NCBI GenBank assembly: GCA_012295275.1
Contig: CM022679.1
Span: forward strand, 13,702,001 to 13,766,000
Length of the DNA stretch: 64,000 bases
Direction: 5' to 3'
Origin: Chrysomallon squamiferum
Taxonomy: Eukaryota; Animalia; Mollusca
Part shown: piece after piece, positions 27,838 to 43,000 of the stretch
How the letters are laid out: each line of letters begins with the position of its first letter
Position numbering within the stretch: the first letter of the stretch is position 1
Program-made: the position numbers and the translations under genes
The notes under the pieces: generated by a model
Told to the model about the DNA's origin: nothing
Database searches by the model: none
What the model saw: the letters and a program-made list of their open reading frames with translations, nothing else

Positions 27838-28379
27838 AGTAGTATATTAGTTGTGTTAGAACATGTACATCACAATGTGAGCGTCATAATGACATGACCT
27901 TATTTTTGTTCTGTATTGTGTTTATTTTTGTTTATAAATGTTTACCATTTGTTATTGACATTGTTTACATGTAATTTTGCATATTTGGTTCAGTAAAAAA
28001 ATAATTGTCCTATACACACTCAATATTCATGTACATTATAAAACAATCTTAAACTAATGTCTCAGACACATTATCTAGAATAACAGTAAAAAATCATACT
28101 TCTAACCTCCCTAAATATCATAATGTTAGCTACTTTGTATTAAATGATTATATTATCTACAAGTTTCTTTATCTTTTGAATTTCGTAAAAGTTATTTCGT
28201 AAATGTTATCTATCCTGTACGCTAATCTATTAGATTAAGTAAGCAGTCTGATGGAAAAACATGATATCGAAGCAAACATATATCAACGTAATAAAATAAA
28301 ATAAAAAGTGGTTATCCAAGGAGATTTTTTTAATGTGGCTTGTTTCACTATTAAAACCAAAACTGAGCTTAAATGAATT

Positions 28380-29090
28380 AAAAAATAAAATAAAATAAAA
28401 TAAAATAATGTAAAATAAAATAAAACAAAACAAAGCAAAATAAATAAATAAATAAATAAATAAATAAAATGAAATATATAAAGAAATCAATCAATGAATC
28501 AATAAATCAATAAATAAAATAAATAAATAAATAAATAAAATAAAACAAAATAAATATATAAACAAATAGAAATAAAATAAAATAAAGTAAAATCAAATCA
28601 AATTAAATTAAAAATTAAATTAATACATAAATAAAATAAAATAAAATAAATAAGGAAACAAACAAATTAATTAATTAATAAATTAATAGATAAATAAATA
28701 ATAAAATAAATCGATAAAGTGAAATAAAAAATAAAATAAAATAAATAAATTTTAAAAATAAAATAAATTCAAAAAATAAAATAAAATAAAATTAAATTAA
28801 ATAAATAAATATAATTCAATAAAATAAAATAAATATATAAAAACTGAAATAAAATGCAATGAAATGAAAAAGTAAATAAATAAAATTAAATAAAATAAAG
28901 AAATAAATAAATATATAAAATTAAATAAAATGAATAGCAAATAATTAAATTAAATTAAAAAAAAAGAAATATAAAAGAAAAGAAAGAAAATAATTTTTTT
29001 AAATATAAAATAAAATAAAAGAAATATAAAAAAATAAAAGAAATTTAAAAAAAAATAAAAGAAATTAAATTAAATAAAATAAATAAGAAA
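28380..29090. repeat. A-rich low-complexity tract (AAAT/AAAAT)
   Basis: About 700 bp nearly devoid of C/G; much shorter at the paralogous site near 44640. Confidence 0.85.
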
Positions 29091-29112
29091 TTTCTTTTTT
29101 TGCTTTTACCGT

Positions 29113-32037
29113 TTATGAATACAGTTTTTCAGCTTTTTCCCCTTCTTTATCATCGGCTGGAATCACTGTTTTCAGTTCATTTGGAAGACCAGATCCATTT
29201 GGAATATGTTTGTTCTTATTATGTATGGTAACCACTATATCATCATCATGAACAGCAATGGTCTTGTCAGCAGTGTTTCTGTTTCTGTTTCTGGAATTCT
29301 GTCCAACAGGATGATCTTGATCTGTTTCACTTATTTCCTGACTCAACACACTTCCAGAACTTCTTCTGTAGAGATGTCTATTAGCATCAACATCCTCTCC
29401 TTCTTCTTCATCACTGCTGCAGTGGATATTCCCGTTGAGAACTGCCTGACACAAAGTTGTTGTATCTGTGTCCCCAGCTCCATCTCCTGCCTCTGTCTGT
29501 GATTCAGCACACACGTTCTGCAACACCATCTTGTTCTCTAGAAAAATTAAAACTGAATATACTCATATCTTTTATTAGTCACTTGTGTAACTCCACGAGA
29601 AAAAAACAACAACAACCAAATAAATAAATAAATAAATTTAAAAAATAAAATAAAATAAATAAATAAATAATAAAAAGAAAATGAAATAAACTTTGTTAAA
29701 AATATAAGAATATACTAGTAAGGAATTACTGTTTCATTGTACAACTCATACAAATTACATTTCATCTACAAATTTTACATAGCATTAATGTTATTCTCAT
29801 AATTACTCTGAAATTCATGAAATAGCATAAGTCAGAAATTGCTATGAACTGAACAAAAATTAATATTTTACAGCAGCGAGACAGCAAGACATTAAAGAAA
29901 ATATTTTACACAAAATAAGTTTGTTTGTTCAAATTAACATTAATGATCTTCATTTCACCTTAATGTAGGGCTTTACTTTGACGGTATGAGCAAGTGTATC
30001 TCCTATGATATATATATATATATTTTTTTTTTGGAATGACAACTAATCTTTGCTAATGATAAAGTATGACAATAAAGATGTACTATCACGAAACTGGATG
30101 AGTATTGTAATTTTCTGCCTTTATTTGCACCAGTGATGACGACATCATTTTGTTTGATGAGGAGACTTGTCTATACCCAAATTAGCATGGATTCATACTT
30201 TATAGGTTGTTTGTATGGAGAAGACCAATATGATTCAGTAATTATTATTTCCTGCATTTATGTATGTATATATACATGTGCGTATATATATATATACATG
30301 TGCGAGTGAGTAAGTCAATGGATGGGTTAGTGAGTGATGTATGCATGAGTGAGGGAGTAAAAAAAGTAAACATTAATAGGATCAAGCTATTCTCAAGGAT
30401 CCTTGTTCACAGTCACACAATGACAGACTTTGGAAAGTACTAAAAAAGCAGGAACATTAATTAAATACATTTAAATACAAACTATGAGTAATGGGAAATC
30501 ATACACCAGACTCAGACATTTGGAAAATCTTACAAATAGACTCAAACATTTGGGAAATTATACAAACAGATAAAAACATTTTCATAACAGTCGCTTTGAT
30601 TTACAAGTTTAATTCGTTCCGAGACAGAGCTCGTAACTCTATTTGCTCATATATCAAATCAGTTTTCCCAACTGAAATTAATTGAAATACCATTAATCCG
30701 TTCTAAATCCCACCAAAACCACCCCATTTGTTTGTTTTGTTTTGTTTGTTTGTTTTGTTTTGTTTGTTTGTTTTTATATTTTTGTAACTTGTTTTTAAAT
30801 AAGAAAAATGTATTTATAAATAACAAATACAGTATAAAAACAAAATAAAAGAGAATGTAACGAAAGAAACTAGTTTTGTAAAGTGTATTTATCTTGGAGA
30901 TCAGACAAATTATTTTAAAGCCTTTGGCTGGAATTACAGCCTTTATCGACTCCTTCAGCTTCAGTATGAAGACATATCTAGAAGTACTACGCTCGTACTG
31001 CCTAGCCAAGTCGACTACATGCACACACCTTTCTCATGGTTTTCTATGAATTCAAGCTTTAATTCAATGGACATCATCACCTTCTTCTTCTCAGCAATGT
31101 CGTTTGCATTTTGCACTCACTGTCTTAGGATCGATGGTCAGGAAAAAGAAATTTGACAAAATACTGCACAAAACCCGAGGACAACACCACAGAGATGCTT
31201 CCACGGCGAGTAACCACGGAAAGTAAACGAGTGAGACGCGGGATGCTGGTTGGGTGTTATATTGTTCGTTGCGCCAACTGTATTTTGACTGAATTTGAAA
31301 TTAATCTGAACTGAAACATGTGCAGTGTTGTTTGTTTGTGTGTGTGCCTGTGTCTGTGTGTGGTGTGCATAAATCTGTGTGTGTGTGTGTGTGTGTGTGT
31401 GAGCGTGTTTTCAGAATTTGATAACTGTAAAAATAGCTGTATAACTCACCTGCTGTTTTTCCTGTTTCCATTAGTTCTGTTTGTTCTTCAACGTTTTCAA
31501 CACCGTGTTCATGTTTGTTCTTACTCAGTCTTCTCCATTTTATGATAACCAGTACAGCTGCAGCTGATAATAATACTACTGCTATTAGACATGCTATGAA
31601 AAATGCTGTAACAACAAATTTATGTATTTTGATAGAATTTGAAATTAATCTGAACTGAAACAGGTGCAGTGTTGTGTTTGTGTGTGTGTATGTGCGTGGT
31701 GTACATATATATATGTATGTGTGTGTGTGTGTTTGTTCTTCAACGTTTTCAACATCGTGTTCATGTTTGTTCTTACTCAGTCTTCTCCATTTTAGGAAAA
31801 CCAGTACACCTGCAGCTGATAATACTACTACTGCTATTAGACATGCTATGAAAAATGTTGTATAAAGGACCTCGTTATTCTGTGGAAGATCTGAAATACA
31901 ATCAAAGTAACTTTGTAACATCACCTTTAGAAAATACTATAAATTTAGCCACTGTTATAAAGCAAACTCGACTGCTGCCTTAGTACATATACGTATACAT
32001 ACATACATACATACATACATACACACACATACACACA

Positions 32038-32069
<32 letters not shown>

Positions 32070-32107
32070 CACACATACACACATACATACACACATACAT
32101 ACATACA

Positions 32108-32141
<34 letters not shown>

Positions 32142-33154
32142 CATTCATATATCCTCATATATACAGGGTTGTTTGATGTCCGAATGGTAACGTCGTCTCC
32201 CTTCGGAGTGCGAGCGAATGGGTGTCATACGTTCGAGTCTCGTCAGTGGCATCTGACGGGGTTTGTGAGGTCGAGATTGGACTTTATTGGTCGAGATTGT
32301 ACCAGTGTGTTCCCGAATATTGTCTATGTGCAAAGTCTATTCAGATGTACATAAGACACTGAATATTCAAAATCCTAAACTACATACATACATACATACA
32401 TACATACAAAATACATAATACATACAAATACACATAATACATACAAATATACACATACGCACAGATATGCATACACAAGCATTTATTATTTCTTGATTGT
32501 AGTAATAATAAGCCTTACTTTCTGTTATTTGACTGCCAAGGAAATCTGAAACAAAAACAAACAAAAAAATATAATCTGGTGAAATAAACACAGAGAAAAA
32601 TTGTTACTGTGTATAAACTGAGATCAAAAACACAAACGTTTATTTATTTATTTGTTTATTTGATTGTTTGTCTGTTTATTTATTTATTTTTTATTTATTT
32701 TTTTATTTATTTATCAAATAACGAAACACATAATAAAAATATTACAGTACTGTTATAAAATATAGTATCATTTTGCCTAGAAAGACCTGCTTTATAGAAA
32801 CATTTTAAAACATACAAATAGTAAAAATATTTTTAATTAGAAACCTTTATAAAACTAATAAACACACACTCTCTCTCTCTCTCTCTCTCTCAAAGGACCA
32901 ATCTCTACATGATCTTTCTATTTTTCTCTCTCTCTCTCTCTGTTTTTTCTCTCTCTCTCTCTCATAACAAACGTACATATAAAATATATAATATATATAG
33001 CCAAAGAATTAAAAACACAGGCCTATAATATACATTACATGATCAACTTTAAGTCAACTTGAATCTCCCTGAGATTAAACCAATGAAAATGTTTTTTTAA
33101 TGAAAAAACTCCTATGCCTGTGTTTTTTAATTTTAAACACACACCACACAAATA

Positions 33155-33192
<38 letters not shown>

Positions 33193-34123
33193 TACATGCA
33201 TTCATACATACATATAACCACATAAACATATGTAGATATATAGACACACACACACGCACACACACACATAAGATTAGCTATACACACACAAACATTTATA
33301 AGTTTTGGGCTGTAATAATAAAAAGTTTTACCTGTCTTTGGGTGATTATCAAGGAAAGCTGAAACAAAAACAAAATAAAAATAAAATCTCTGAAATAAGC
33401 ACAGAGAAAAGTTGTTACTCTGTACAAAATGAGATTAAAAACCAAAAACTCTGTGTTTGTTTGTTTGCCTGTTTATTTATTTATTTACTTACCTATTTAT
33501 TTGTTTGTTTAATTGTTTGTTTCGTGGTTTGCCTGTTTATTTATTTATTTGTCAAATAATAAGACTCATAAAAAATGTGACAGTAGTGTTATAAAATATA
33601 GTATCATCTAGCCTAGAAAGAACTGCATTATAGAAATATTTTAAAACATACACATAGCAAAAACATTTCTTATTAGAAATCTTTATACACATACTCATGC
33701 ATAAATATTCAAAAACATACATGCGGATACTAACACACAAAGGACACACCCACACACATACATACAACAAAACACATACACACAACTGCATACAGAAACA
33801 CACACAAACATACATGCAACTGAACACACACACACACATCTACCTACCTTTACAGAAACGAGTACACTGTTTAGGGAAATTCAAACGCATTGTGAAGCAC
33901 AAATCACTGATGTCTTTGCAGTAATAGCACCTGTTGTCTTCAGGAACATAATACTGTTCTAGCTCATCACATTTTTCAGGGTCAAATCCAAACGTTTTTC
34001 CAGCTGTCATCTTGTCTCTGTCTGTTGGAAGGCTGGCAACTCGACTTTGACATATGGCTACAGAAAATGCTCCTAATAACAGGACAGACATCAGCAACCG
34101 ATTCTGTCTTCCATTTTGATGGA
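29113..34123 (-). CDS. TNFR-like gene copy C; exons 34123-33848, 33358-33332, 32545-32519, 31890-31450 (doubled TM), 29537-29113
   Basis: Open throughout, 387 aa from ATG 34091: MSVLLLGAFSVAICQS...MTAGKTFGFDPEKCDELEQYYVPEDNRCYYCKDISDLCFTMRLNFPKQCTRFCK-AFLDNHPKT-DFLGSQITE-TM x2-ENKMVLQNVCAE...AEKLYS*. Confidence 0.75.
30590..31280 (-). mobile_element. Non-autonomous pogo/Tigger derivative in the last intron of copy C
   Basis: Frameshifted CENP-B/psq-type HTH N-terminus: DPKTVSAK...AEKKKVMMSIELKLEFIENHEKGV/HVVDLARQYERSTSRYVFILKLKESIKAVIPAKGFKII; TA|CAG end; absent from copies B and E. Confidence 0.8.
32166..32400 (+). mobile_element. tRNA-derived SINE with (TACA)n tail
   Basis: A-box-like TGTCCGAATGG, B-box GTTCGAGTC, microsatellite tail; same site as the 47616 copy in gene D. 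Confidence 0.65.
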
Positions 34124-34262
34124 CTGGAAAATGTTAGTTCATTGTTGGTCTTTGGGGAAATAAATATTCTATAATCCCCTACTGTTTTTTCATTTTGCTA
34201 TCACTTATTTATTTTTATCATTCTTTCTGTATTTATTTATTTACTTATTAATTAATTTATTA

Positions 34263-34327
<65 letters not shown>

Positions 34328-36352
34328 ATTTATTGATTTTTTCTATTTTTAAAAAGTTTCTTTAGAAAACATAGAAAATATTATTTTGCCGTGTCATTAT
34401 TTACCCTAGATATTAATTGTAAAATTTACTCTTATCTTGACGGAATAAATTAATAATACCTGGAGGCATGTCGGTAGTGACGGTATTTTCAGATTTATCT
34501 AAAAAGAAAAGAATCACATGTCTCGTAAGTGATATAAATTTCTAAGTTAAAAATAAATCCATATCGCAAATTATAATTTTTATCTTTTACATTTTTTTTT
34601 AATAGATATTAATTATTATTATTATTTCTATATTTTATTTCTTTATATCTTTATTTATATTACTTAATTATTATATATATATATATATATATATATCTCA
34701 TAAGTTCTGTAAATTAATCACAAAGTATAAAAAATTCAAAAAGCAGTCAAAAAGCTTGTTTTTTTTATCCTGTTTTTTTTTTACCGTTTCTTATTAATTA
34801 TAAAATAATATCATAGAGATATTATTTTGCAACATATTCAGTACATGAGCATAAGTTAACAAATGATGGTTTTAGAAAATTGTTAAATTAAAAATATACT
34901 ATAAATAAATAGATAAATAAAATATTGCAATAATAGCAATAATAATAATAAACATCTAAAAAAAAAATAAAAAATATAGGAAGAAAGAAATAAAGAAAAG
35001 AAAATACAGCTTCGGGGCAGATAACTTTGATTACTCATATGTACATTTTCATATAATTTGAATAAAATAAAATAAATTAAAATTAAAATTAAAATTAAAT
35101 AAAATTAAAATATATAACAAAATGATTCAAAATAAAATAAAAATATGTTAACAAAATAAAATATAATAATCTGTCCTATACTGCTCAATTTTTCGTCATA
35201 AATTTTGGTTTTCCATTTGTATTTTTAAAATAGAGCCTGGATAAGAAATTAGAGGAGGAAAATAGTTATGTCGTTAACAAACTTATGGGAGGGTTGAGAG
35301 ACTATAGTATCACCGATTTTCCTGTATAACATGCAATATTGCTTTCTCATAGATAGATAGATAGATAGATTTGAATTGTTTGCTCACAATTCTCATTTTT
35401 TGTTGATGAAGTTCATTACTACTGTTGCTGCTACTACTATAACTACCACTACCACTACTTTTACTGATGCTGCTGCCATCATCACTTCCATTATTTATTT
35501 TTTACTTTAAATATTATTACTCTTATTCTTCTTCTGTTGTTGTTGTTGTTGTTTTCTTTTCTTTTATTAATTAATTAATGATTTCCTTTACATGTAGTTT
35601 ATAGAAATTATAATCTATCTTTGGTGATTAGAAAAATGTAGTATAAATATATTCTTTTTACTTCCATGTTACGTTTTTGCAGTCCAGTGTTAATTTGTAA
35701 CGAAGTATATGAACAAAAGAGGAAAGATACTAACTGCTATTAGTCCGCCATATACGCGATGTTGTTACTACATCAGCTGTGATTAGTTAAAATGGCGGCG
35801 TTCAGATGTATTGTTTTATATTGTTTTTACTGAAGAGAAGTTGCCTAAAACAATAAGTTAATAATAACTTGATATCTCTTCTCCTTTATCCGCTGTTTTA
35901 GTATATTTTTAGTTTCATCAATTTCTGTAGTTATATACAAAGCTCTTGTAAAGGATGTTTACTAAAGGTGGGTGAAAAAATAATATAAGAGATCTAGTGA
36001 TACAAATTTTATTTGAATAAATTAATATTTCTATAACAATCCTTGAAAGTAAGATTATTTTTGTAATGCATATTAAATATTTAATAACATAAATGGGAAG
36101 CAAAAATTAGCTAGAAATCTGACATCAAAGATACATGTATCTCCTTCAAATTCTAGATACGCACCTAGTGGAGCAGTGGGTGGACTAATAATAGACTTAC
36201 AGGTTGATTCGCAAACAAGGACTGACACTGACAAACGTTTCCTTATTCTTACATCGTAAAAAGTTGATCGAAAGATAATTATTATTAGTTTCACTTCCAT
36301 CTCTTTTTTCTTTATCTTTTCTATTATTATTATTATTATTATGATTATTATG

Positions 36353-36388
<36 letters not shown>

Positions 36389-37547
36389 GTTAAACTTTGG
36401 TATAAAACACCGTTCGCCTATCAAAACAGTAATATAAGTATTAAGATTTTTATCAAACCAGTTATCAGACCCACAGGTAAGCTTTAATAGTTTACACTTG
36501 TGTTCTTACAGGTTTAACCTCACTGTGCCCGCAGTCTGACCTACGCCTACAGCAAATGTTCCTCTTGACATGGCAGTAAACTGCAACAGAATATGCTGAT
36601 TCCATCTCCCATTCTGTTGGACTGTAAAATGTTAATGCATTGTTGGTCTTTTGGAAAATAAACTATACTGTAATCCCCTACTGTTTTATCATTTGCTATC
36701 CTTGACTGCTTAAGTAATATATAACAATAGGTTCGGGCATAGTGAGGTAACCCCATACGTCATTGTACGAAATAAGAGATTACAAAGAAACAATACACTA
36801 TTAAAGATCATGATAAGCGACCAATTTATTTATTTAATATATTCAGTACAATTTATATTTATAAAATATATTTTTTATTTACATATTTTATTATTGTTTA
36901 TTTAATTTATTAATTTATGTATTATTATTATTAATATTATTTATTTATTTATTTTTTTGTTCATTTATTTTTATTTGTATTTTTATTTTTATTATTATTT
37001 TATTTATTTTTTCAATTTTTTAAATTTCTATCGAAAATATACAAAACGTTATTTTGCCATGTCATTATTTACCTTAGATACTCTCACAACGTTCATATTT
37101 CGTGGACACATTATACAGACAGTATGCAGGTAATTAATTCTATACAATATTTTTAATAATTTACAGGTGACACTCGATTTCGTAGACCAACAGAGTTAAC
37201 AAAAAAGTCTGGGAAATCGCGAATCTAAATATTAACCCTCAAATTTACCAAAACATTAAACTTTAGAACACATAACATCTATTTAATACGGTAATAAAAT
37301 AATCTAAGAAAAATATACAGAGAAAAACAAATTAAACAAATTTCATACGGTATATGTTAAGAAAAAGGAAGGAATGAAAATGTAGACGAGGTTGGGTATA
37401 GCTATGGGTGAATTGTAAATTGTATTCTTACCTTGATGGAAATTGGATTGAGAGAGGGCTGCCGCGATCGTATAGTTGAACACAGAATAACTTAGTAGTA
37501 TGTAGAGGCAAGGTTTCAAGCGGGAAATTTTTTAACACACACACACG

Positions 37548-37587
<40 letters not shown>

Positions 37588-37905
37588 AAAAAAGAAGCAA
37601 TTTGACTTACTTGGATGTGTACTTATTTGCTTTTCTGTAATTATTTCTTTTAGTGTTGACTTTCGAATCCAGGAATCAGTTAAAATGAAAAGTATTCCGA
37701 GGAATATTTGAATATTTCCTCGACAGGATAACTTAAGAGTGTATACGTAGAGCCAAGATTTCAACACGGAAATTACGGCTTGTTCAGATTTATCTGTCGC
37801 GTAGAAGATATAAATAGATCGGAATTTCCAAGTTAAAAATCAATCCATACCGGAAATTATAAATAAAAAAAAAAAAAAAAAAAAAACAATGTTTAATAAA
37901 TGTTA

Positions 37906-37949
<44 letters not shown>

Positions 37950-38382
37950 GCTACATTTTATTTATTTGTTTATTTATTTACATTACTTTTTAAATTATAT
38001 ATATATATATTATAAGTACTTCAAGTTAACCAAAAAATATATAAAATAAAGATATTACGAACTATTAAAAAAGCTCCCTTATCACCGATATTGTTGTCCT
38101 GTATAACATGCAGTATTGCTTTTTCATTGATAGATAGATAAATAGACAGACAGACAGATAGAGAGACAGATAAATAGATTTGAATTGTTTGCTCACAATT
38201 CTCAGTTTCTGCTGATGAACTTGTTGTTGCCGTTGTTTTCTTTTTCATTACTACTACTGCTACTACTACTAAAATCAATACTACAACTACTACTATTACT
38301 ACCACTACCACTGTTATTACTACTACTACCACCGTCACTTCCATTATTTATCTGCTTATTTATTTATTTATTTATTCTATAG

Positions 38383-38508
38383 GATGCTCCTTTAATGGCA
38401 AATGCTATGATGAAGAAGCAAGTCGGTCATACAGCTGCTCGAAATTCACGTGCACTAACCACAGCAACAAAACACATTTTCAGTGGAAAAGTCAGACTGT
38501 TAGCAAAG
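38383..38508 (+). CDS. 126-nt phase-1 exon, 4-Cys VWC/FnI-like module (divergent copy)
   Basis: tatag|...|gtaaga; GCSFNGKCYDEEASRSYSCSKFTCTNHSNKTHFQWKSQTVSK. Confidence 0.6.
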
Positions 38509-39160
38509 GTAAGAGAGTTGATAGAATTTCAGATTGTTAGCAAACGTAAGAAAGTTGATAGAATTTCAGACTGTTAGCAAACGTAAGAAAGTTGATAGAA
38601 TTTCAGACTGTTAGCAAACGTAAGAAAGTTGATAGAATTTCAGACTGTTAGCAAACGTAAGAAAGTTGATAGAATTTCAGACTGTTAGCAAACGTAAGAA
38701 AGTTGATAGAATTTCAGGTTCTTAACAAAAATAAAAGAGTTGATAGAATTTCATATTGCTAGCAAAGATAAGACAGTCGATAGAATTTCAGATTGTTAGC
38801 AAAGGTAAGAGTCGATAGAATTTCAGATTGTTAGCAAAGATAAGAGTCGACAGAATTTCAGATTGTTAACAAAGATAAGAGTCGACAGAATTTCAGATTG
38901 TTAGCAAAGATAAGAGAGTAGATATAATTTTATATTGTTAGCAAAGATAAGAAAGTCGATATAATTTCAGTTTGTTTGAAAAGATAAGAAAGTCGATAGA
39001 ATTTCTGATTGTTAACAAAGATAAGAGAGTTGACAGAATTTCAGATTGTTAACAAAGATAAGAAAGTTGACAGAATTTCAGATTGTTAACAAAGATAAGA
39101 AAGTTGACAGAATTTCAGATTGTTAGCAAAGGTTAGAGAATCGATAGAATTTCAGATTGT
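38494..39160 (+). repeat. 35-37-bp minisatellite, about 18 units
   Basis: Unit ATTGTTAGCAAAGGTAAGAGAGTTGATAGAATTTCAG, starting inside the exon 3' end. Confidence 0.95.
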
Positions 39161-40041
39161 TGTTTCAGTTATTAATTCAGCGCTGTTTAATTCTAATTTT
39201 TCTATCATAATATAAACACTTTTTTTTTTTCTTCTCAATGACCGAAGTTTTGGAAGTTATTTTCAGCATTAAGATCTTGGATGCTATCAGTTTTTCACAA
39301 ATAAATGTTAGTGTATCGGTAAATGTTAGTGTCTAGTATGAATGCTATCAGTGTTTCACAATGCAAATTTTATAATTCTATCAATTTTTATCAGTTTAAA
39401 TGCTATAAATATTTTCAGTTTTTCACAGTGTAAATGTTATGAATGTTATCAGGTTTCAAGTGGGAAATAACGGTATGTTCAGATTTGATCTAAAAGGAAA
39501 TTCACGTGTCACATAAGCGATATAAATAGTTTGGAATTTTCAAGTTAAAAAATAAACCCATATCGGAAGTTATAATTTTTAAAATTATTTTTAAATACTG
39601 TTATTACAAATTTATTATTTATGTGTTGATGTTTTTTTCTAAATTACCCGCACGCTCGCACGCACGCACGCACACACACATATGTAATTATTTGGTTTTC
39701 TGTAACTATTTCGTTTCGACTCAAATTTTAAATATTTATAATGGAAGAGTTTGAGAAAGGTGGTTAATAACTCATTTTGATTAATATTGTTATTATAGTG
39801 TTTGTTTGATTGTTTCAAGATGATAAACGTTTAAAACTCACAAAATATATTCAAAAAACAAATAAATTTTTATATCAGAATAAATATGTGTGTTGTTCAT
39901 AAATAAAACATTTAAGAAAATTGTTTTTATATTTTATGAAACATAGTGAAAGAAGATAAAATACAAAACAAAATAAAAGCTTGTAAAATAATACATTTTT
40001 ATTATAATAATAATTTAATTTTCACAATTCTTCATATGTTA

Positions 40042-40099
<58 letters not shown>

Positions 40100-43000
40100 T
40101 TATTTAGTTTATAAGTATTACGACTTGATTAACATTATACATCTATTTAAAAGGTGAAAAATGAAAAATAAAAAATTACGTTTTTCTGTATATATCTTAA
40201 GAACCTTAGGCTATATAAAACATTCATAAAAATAAAAACAAATACATATAAGTATGTATATATGTAAGTATTTTAGATATACATATATTGTTTAAATCTG
40301 TATTTGGAAGTGTAAGAAAATGGTTATTAATAACATTTTGTTTAATATTGTTGTTATGTTATTTTCCACATTGTATATATTCGACGTTCGACCGCTGATT
40401 ATATAATATAATCGTTTAAATTATTTGTGAAATAATTATATTAATTATTCTATGATCGTATACATATTTTTCAATCGTTTTGTAATTAATAATCATGATA
40501 TAATCATCATTATAATTGAGCTGCTTGCATGATGCATTTAAATTTGATTTTCTTTTTGTCGACGTGAACAACTATTCAAACGTTATTTATTATTATTAGA
40601 CAAAAGACTAAAGCAAACACGAACAATATCACAATACTACAACAATGATTACAACAATAACAACAGCAATAAAAAAAAACATGAACTATATCACAAAAGA
40701 AGAATTAAATATCTCAAGGTTTTGATCTTTTCGTGTACTTTAGCGGTCAAACAGCCCAAGATACATACCACCTACCAAAACTATCCCTGGGGTTAAAGAG
40801 TGCTACACTGTATACGCCTAGAATATATTCTGGCTGTTCCCACAGAACCAATTTATAAAAAAGCTAAACATTCTCAAAGTTCAAGATCTTTTTACACTTC
40901 AAGAATTAAAATTATGTTACAAACTATAACACAGTATGGATCAGACATACATTTTTTGTAAACATCCGAACATTTATATGTATTATTTTTATTTGTTTTA
41001 CTGAGCTTTTCATTCAATGCAAATGGATATGCTGATTTAGCAAATAAATTATCTAAACCATTTTCTTGTTTATTGATAAATGATCTAACAAAACTTATAA
41101 TTATATCTAAATGCTTGTTAGTGTTGTAATATGTTTGTTACAACACTGAAGTTATCCAAGTCATTCTCAAGATCCTATATGAATTGTGTGTGGCCTAAAC
41201 TGACTGTATCATGTCGTTCATGTTATCTTCTTTGAGTATAATGGACATTTAAATAGGGACCAACTTATGAGTAATACAAGAGCGTATAATCTGTAAGCCA
41301 AAATATTCCCCAGAATATAAAGAGCTATTTTACACCATGGGGTAGACCAAGAATAGTTTGGCGAGGATTTAATCTCGTCTGTTTCACTGGTATCTGATGA
41401 TATCATCATACAAACTTGATTTAGATGGTGCCGGTGTAAAATAATATTTGTTCCCCCAGGTCATAAAGACCAGGAGTTTGTTAATTCTCACCGTCATAAT
41501 CAGGTTCAAACAAGTGACTTGGGTCCTGACATTTTGACACAGTTCTTGTAACACATTAAATTAAAAGACTGAGGCAGAAATGCAACAAGTTTCTAAAAGA
41601 GGACCTTCATAGGCCTGAAATAGGATTATCGATAATAAAAAATTATCAGTGATAAATGGATTGAGGGATGAATGTTTTCACCTTAATTTTAAAAGATGGG
41701 AGTCGTGATCAAGTACCCAGAGAAATGTATCCCCCAGTTATTTCTTCACACCTCAGCAATTTTAAATGTGGTGTTTAGTCAGAAGTATACCTGAAAAATT
41801 AATAACGGTGTGTTGCAACAAATATTCGTAAGGGGAACAAATATTTCCATATATTTATTTGTTCTTAGGGAAAACAAACATTCGTTCAAGGGTGGAATAA
41901 ATCTTTTTGGGGAATAAATATTCTCTGACACCGGCATCAAACATTTTTGAAAAGGACCTGTGAAAAAAGGGCTAAGAATTCCTTACCTAAATTACTTACC
42001 ATTTCTGGCTATCATTTTATACATGCTAAAAACTAACGGACATAATAACATAAAAATCAGTAATAATCTCATTCGCATCCCAAAAGGATCTCTCTCCATG
42101 TTTGGAATGAATTCATGAACACCCTTGCAGTCAACCCTCGACGTAATTATTACTGAAGCATACGTTACATATCGAAAATAATAATAATCTAGTGATCTGT
42201 AGCTTGTAAAGAAGAAGAAGAAAACAAATGTTTGCTTTTTTTGGTATGATTTGTTACACTATTATAACAGTGAAATTTTTGTATCCTCTATTATTTGTTT
42301 TCTAATTCTGCATAAATTAGTTACAAATTAATCGTATGCTAAATAAGTCAGACATTTTATCTAGAACAGCAGTAGTATATTAGTTCTATTAGAACATATA
42401 CATAATAATGTGAGTGTCATTATTTTCCTTTTGTATTGTATTTACCTTTGTTTATATATTTTACCATTGGTATTCGACATTGTTTACATATGTAAATTTG
42501 CATATTTGGTTCATTAACTAAATAATTGTGCTACGGACACTCAGTATTCATGTACATTATAAAACAATCTTAAACAAATAACTTAGACACATTATCTTGA
42601 ATAACAGTAAAAAATCATACTTGTAACCTCCCTAAATATCGTATATTAAATACTCTGTATTAAATGGTGATATCATCTTGCTGATTAAGTTTCTTTATCT
42701 TTTGAAGTTTGTAAATGTTATTAATCTGGCATTTTTTCTTCACAATAATCTATTACATTAAGCAAGCGGTCTCATATAAAAACATGATATCGAAGCAAAC
42801 ATATATCAAGGTAATAAAATCAAATGAAAAGTAGTTATAAAAAGAGATTCTTTTTTATCTGGCATCTTACACTACTAAAGCCAAAACTAAAGAACACAAT
42901 ATTCCTCGGAATATAAAGAGCTATTTTACACCATAGGGCAGATCCAAGAATAGTCTGGTGAGGATTTAATCTTGTCTGTTTCACTGGTATCTGATGATAT

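Noticed and set aside
29113-29537. Death domain or clear TRAF-binding motif in the receptor tail
   Set aside because: The tail is low-complexity and acidic; only a generic S-D-E-E match, which copy D does not keep (SDEK).
41218-41409. 63-aa ORF repeated at 59455-59646
   Set aside because: Conservation is explained by recent segmental duplication; a third partial copy near 42900-43010 is truncated; no domain or splice support.
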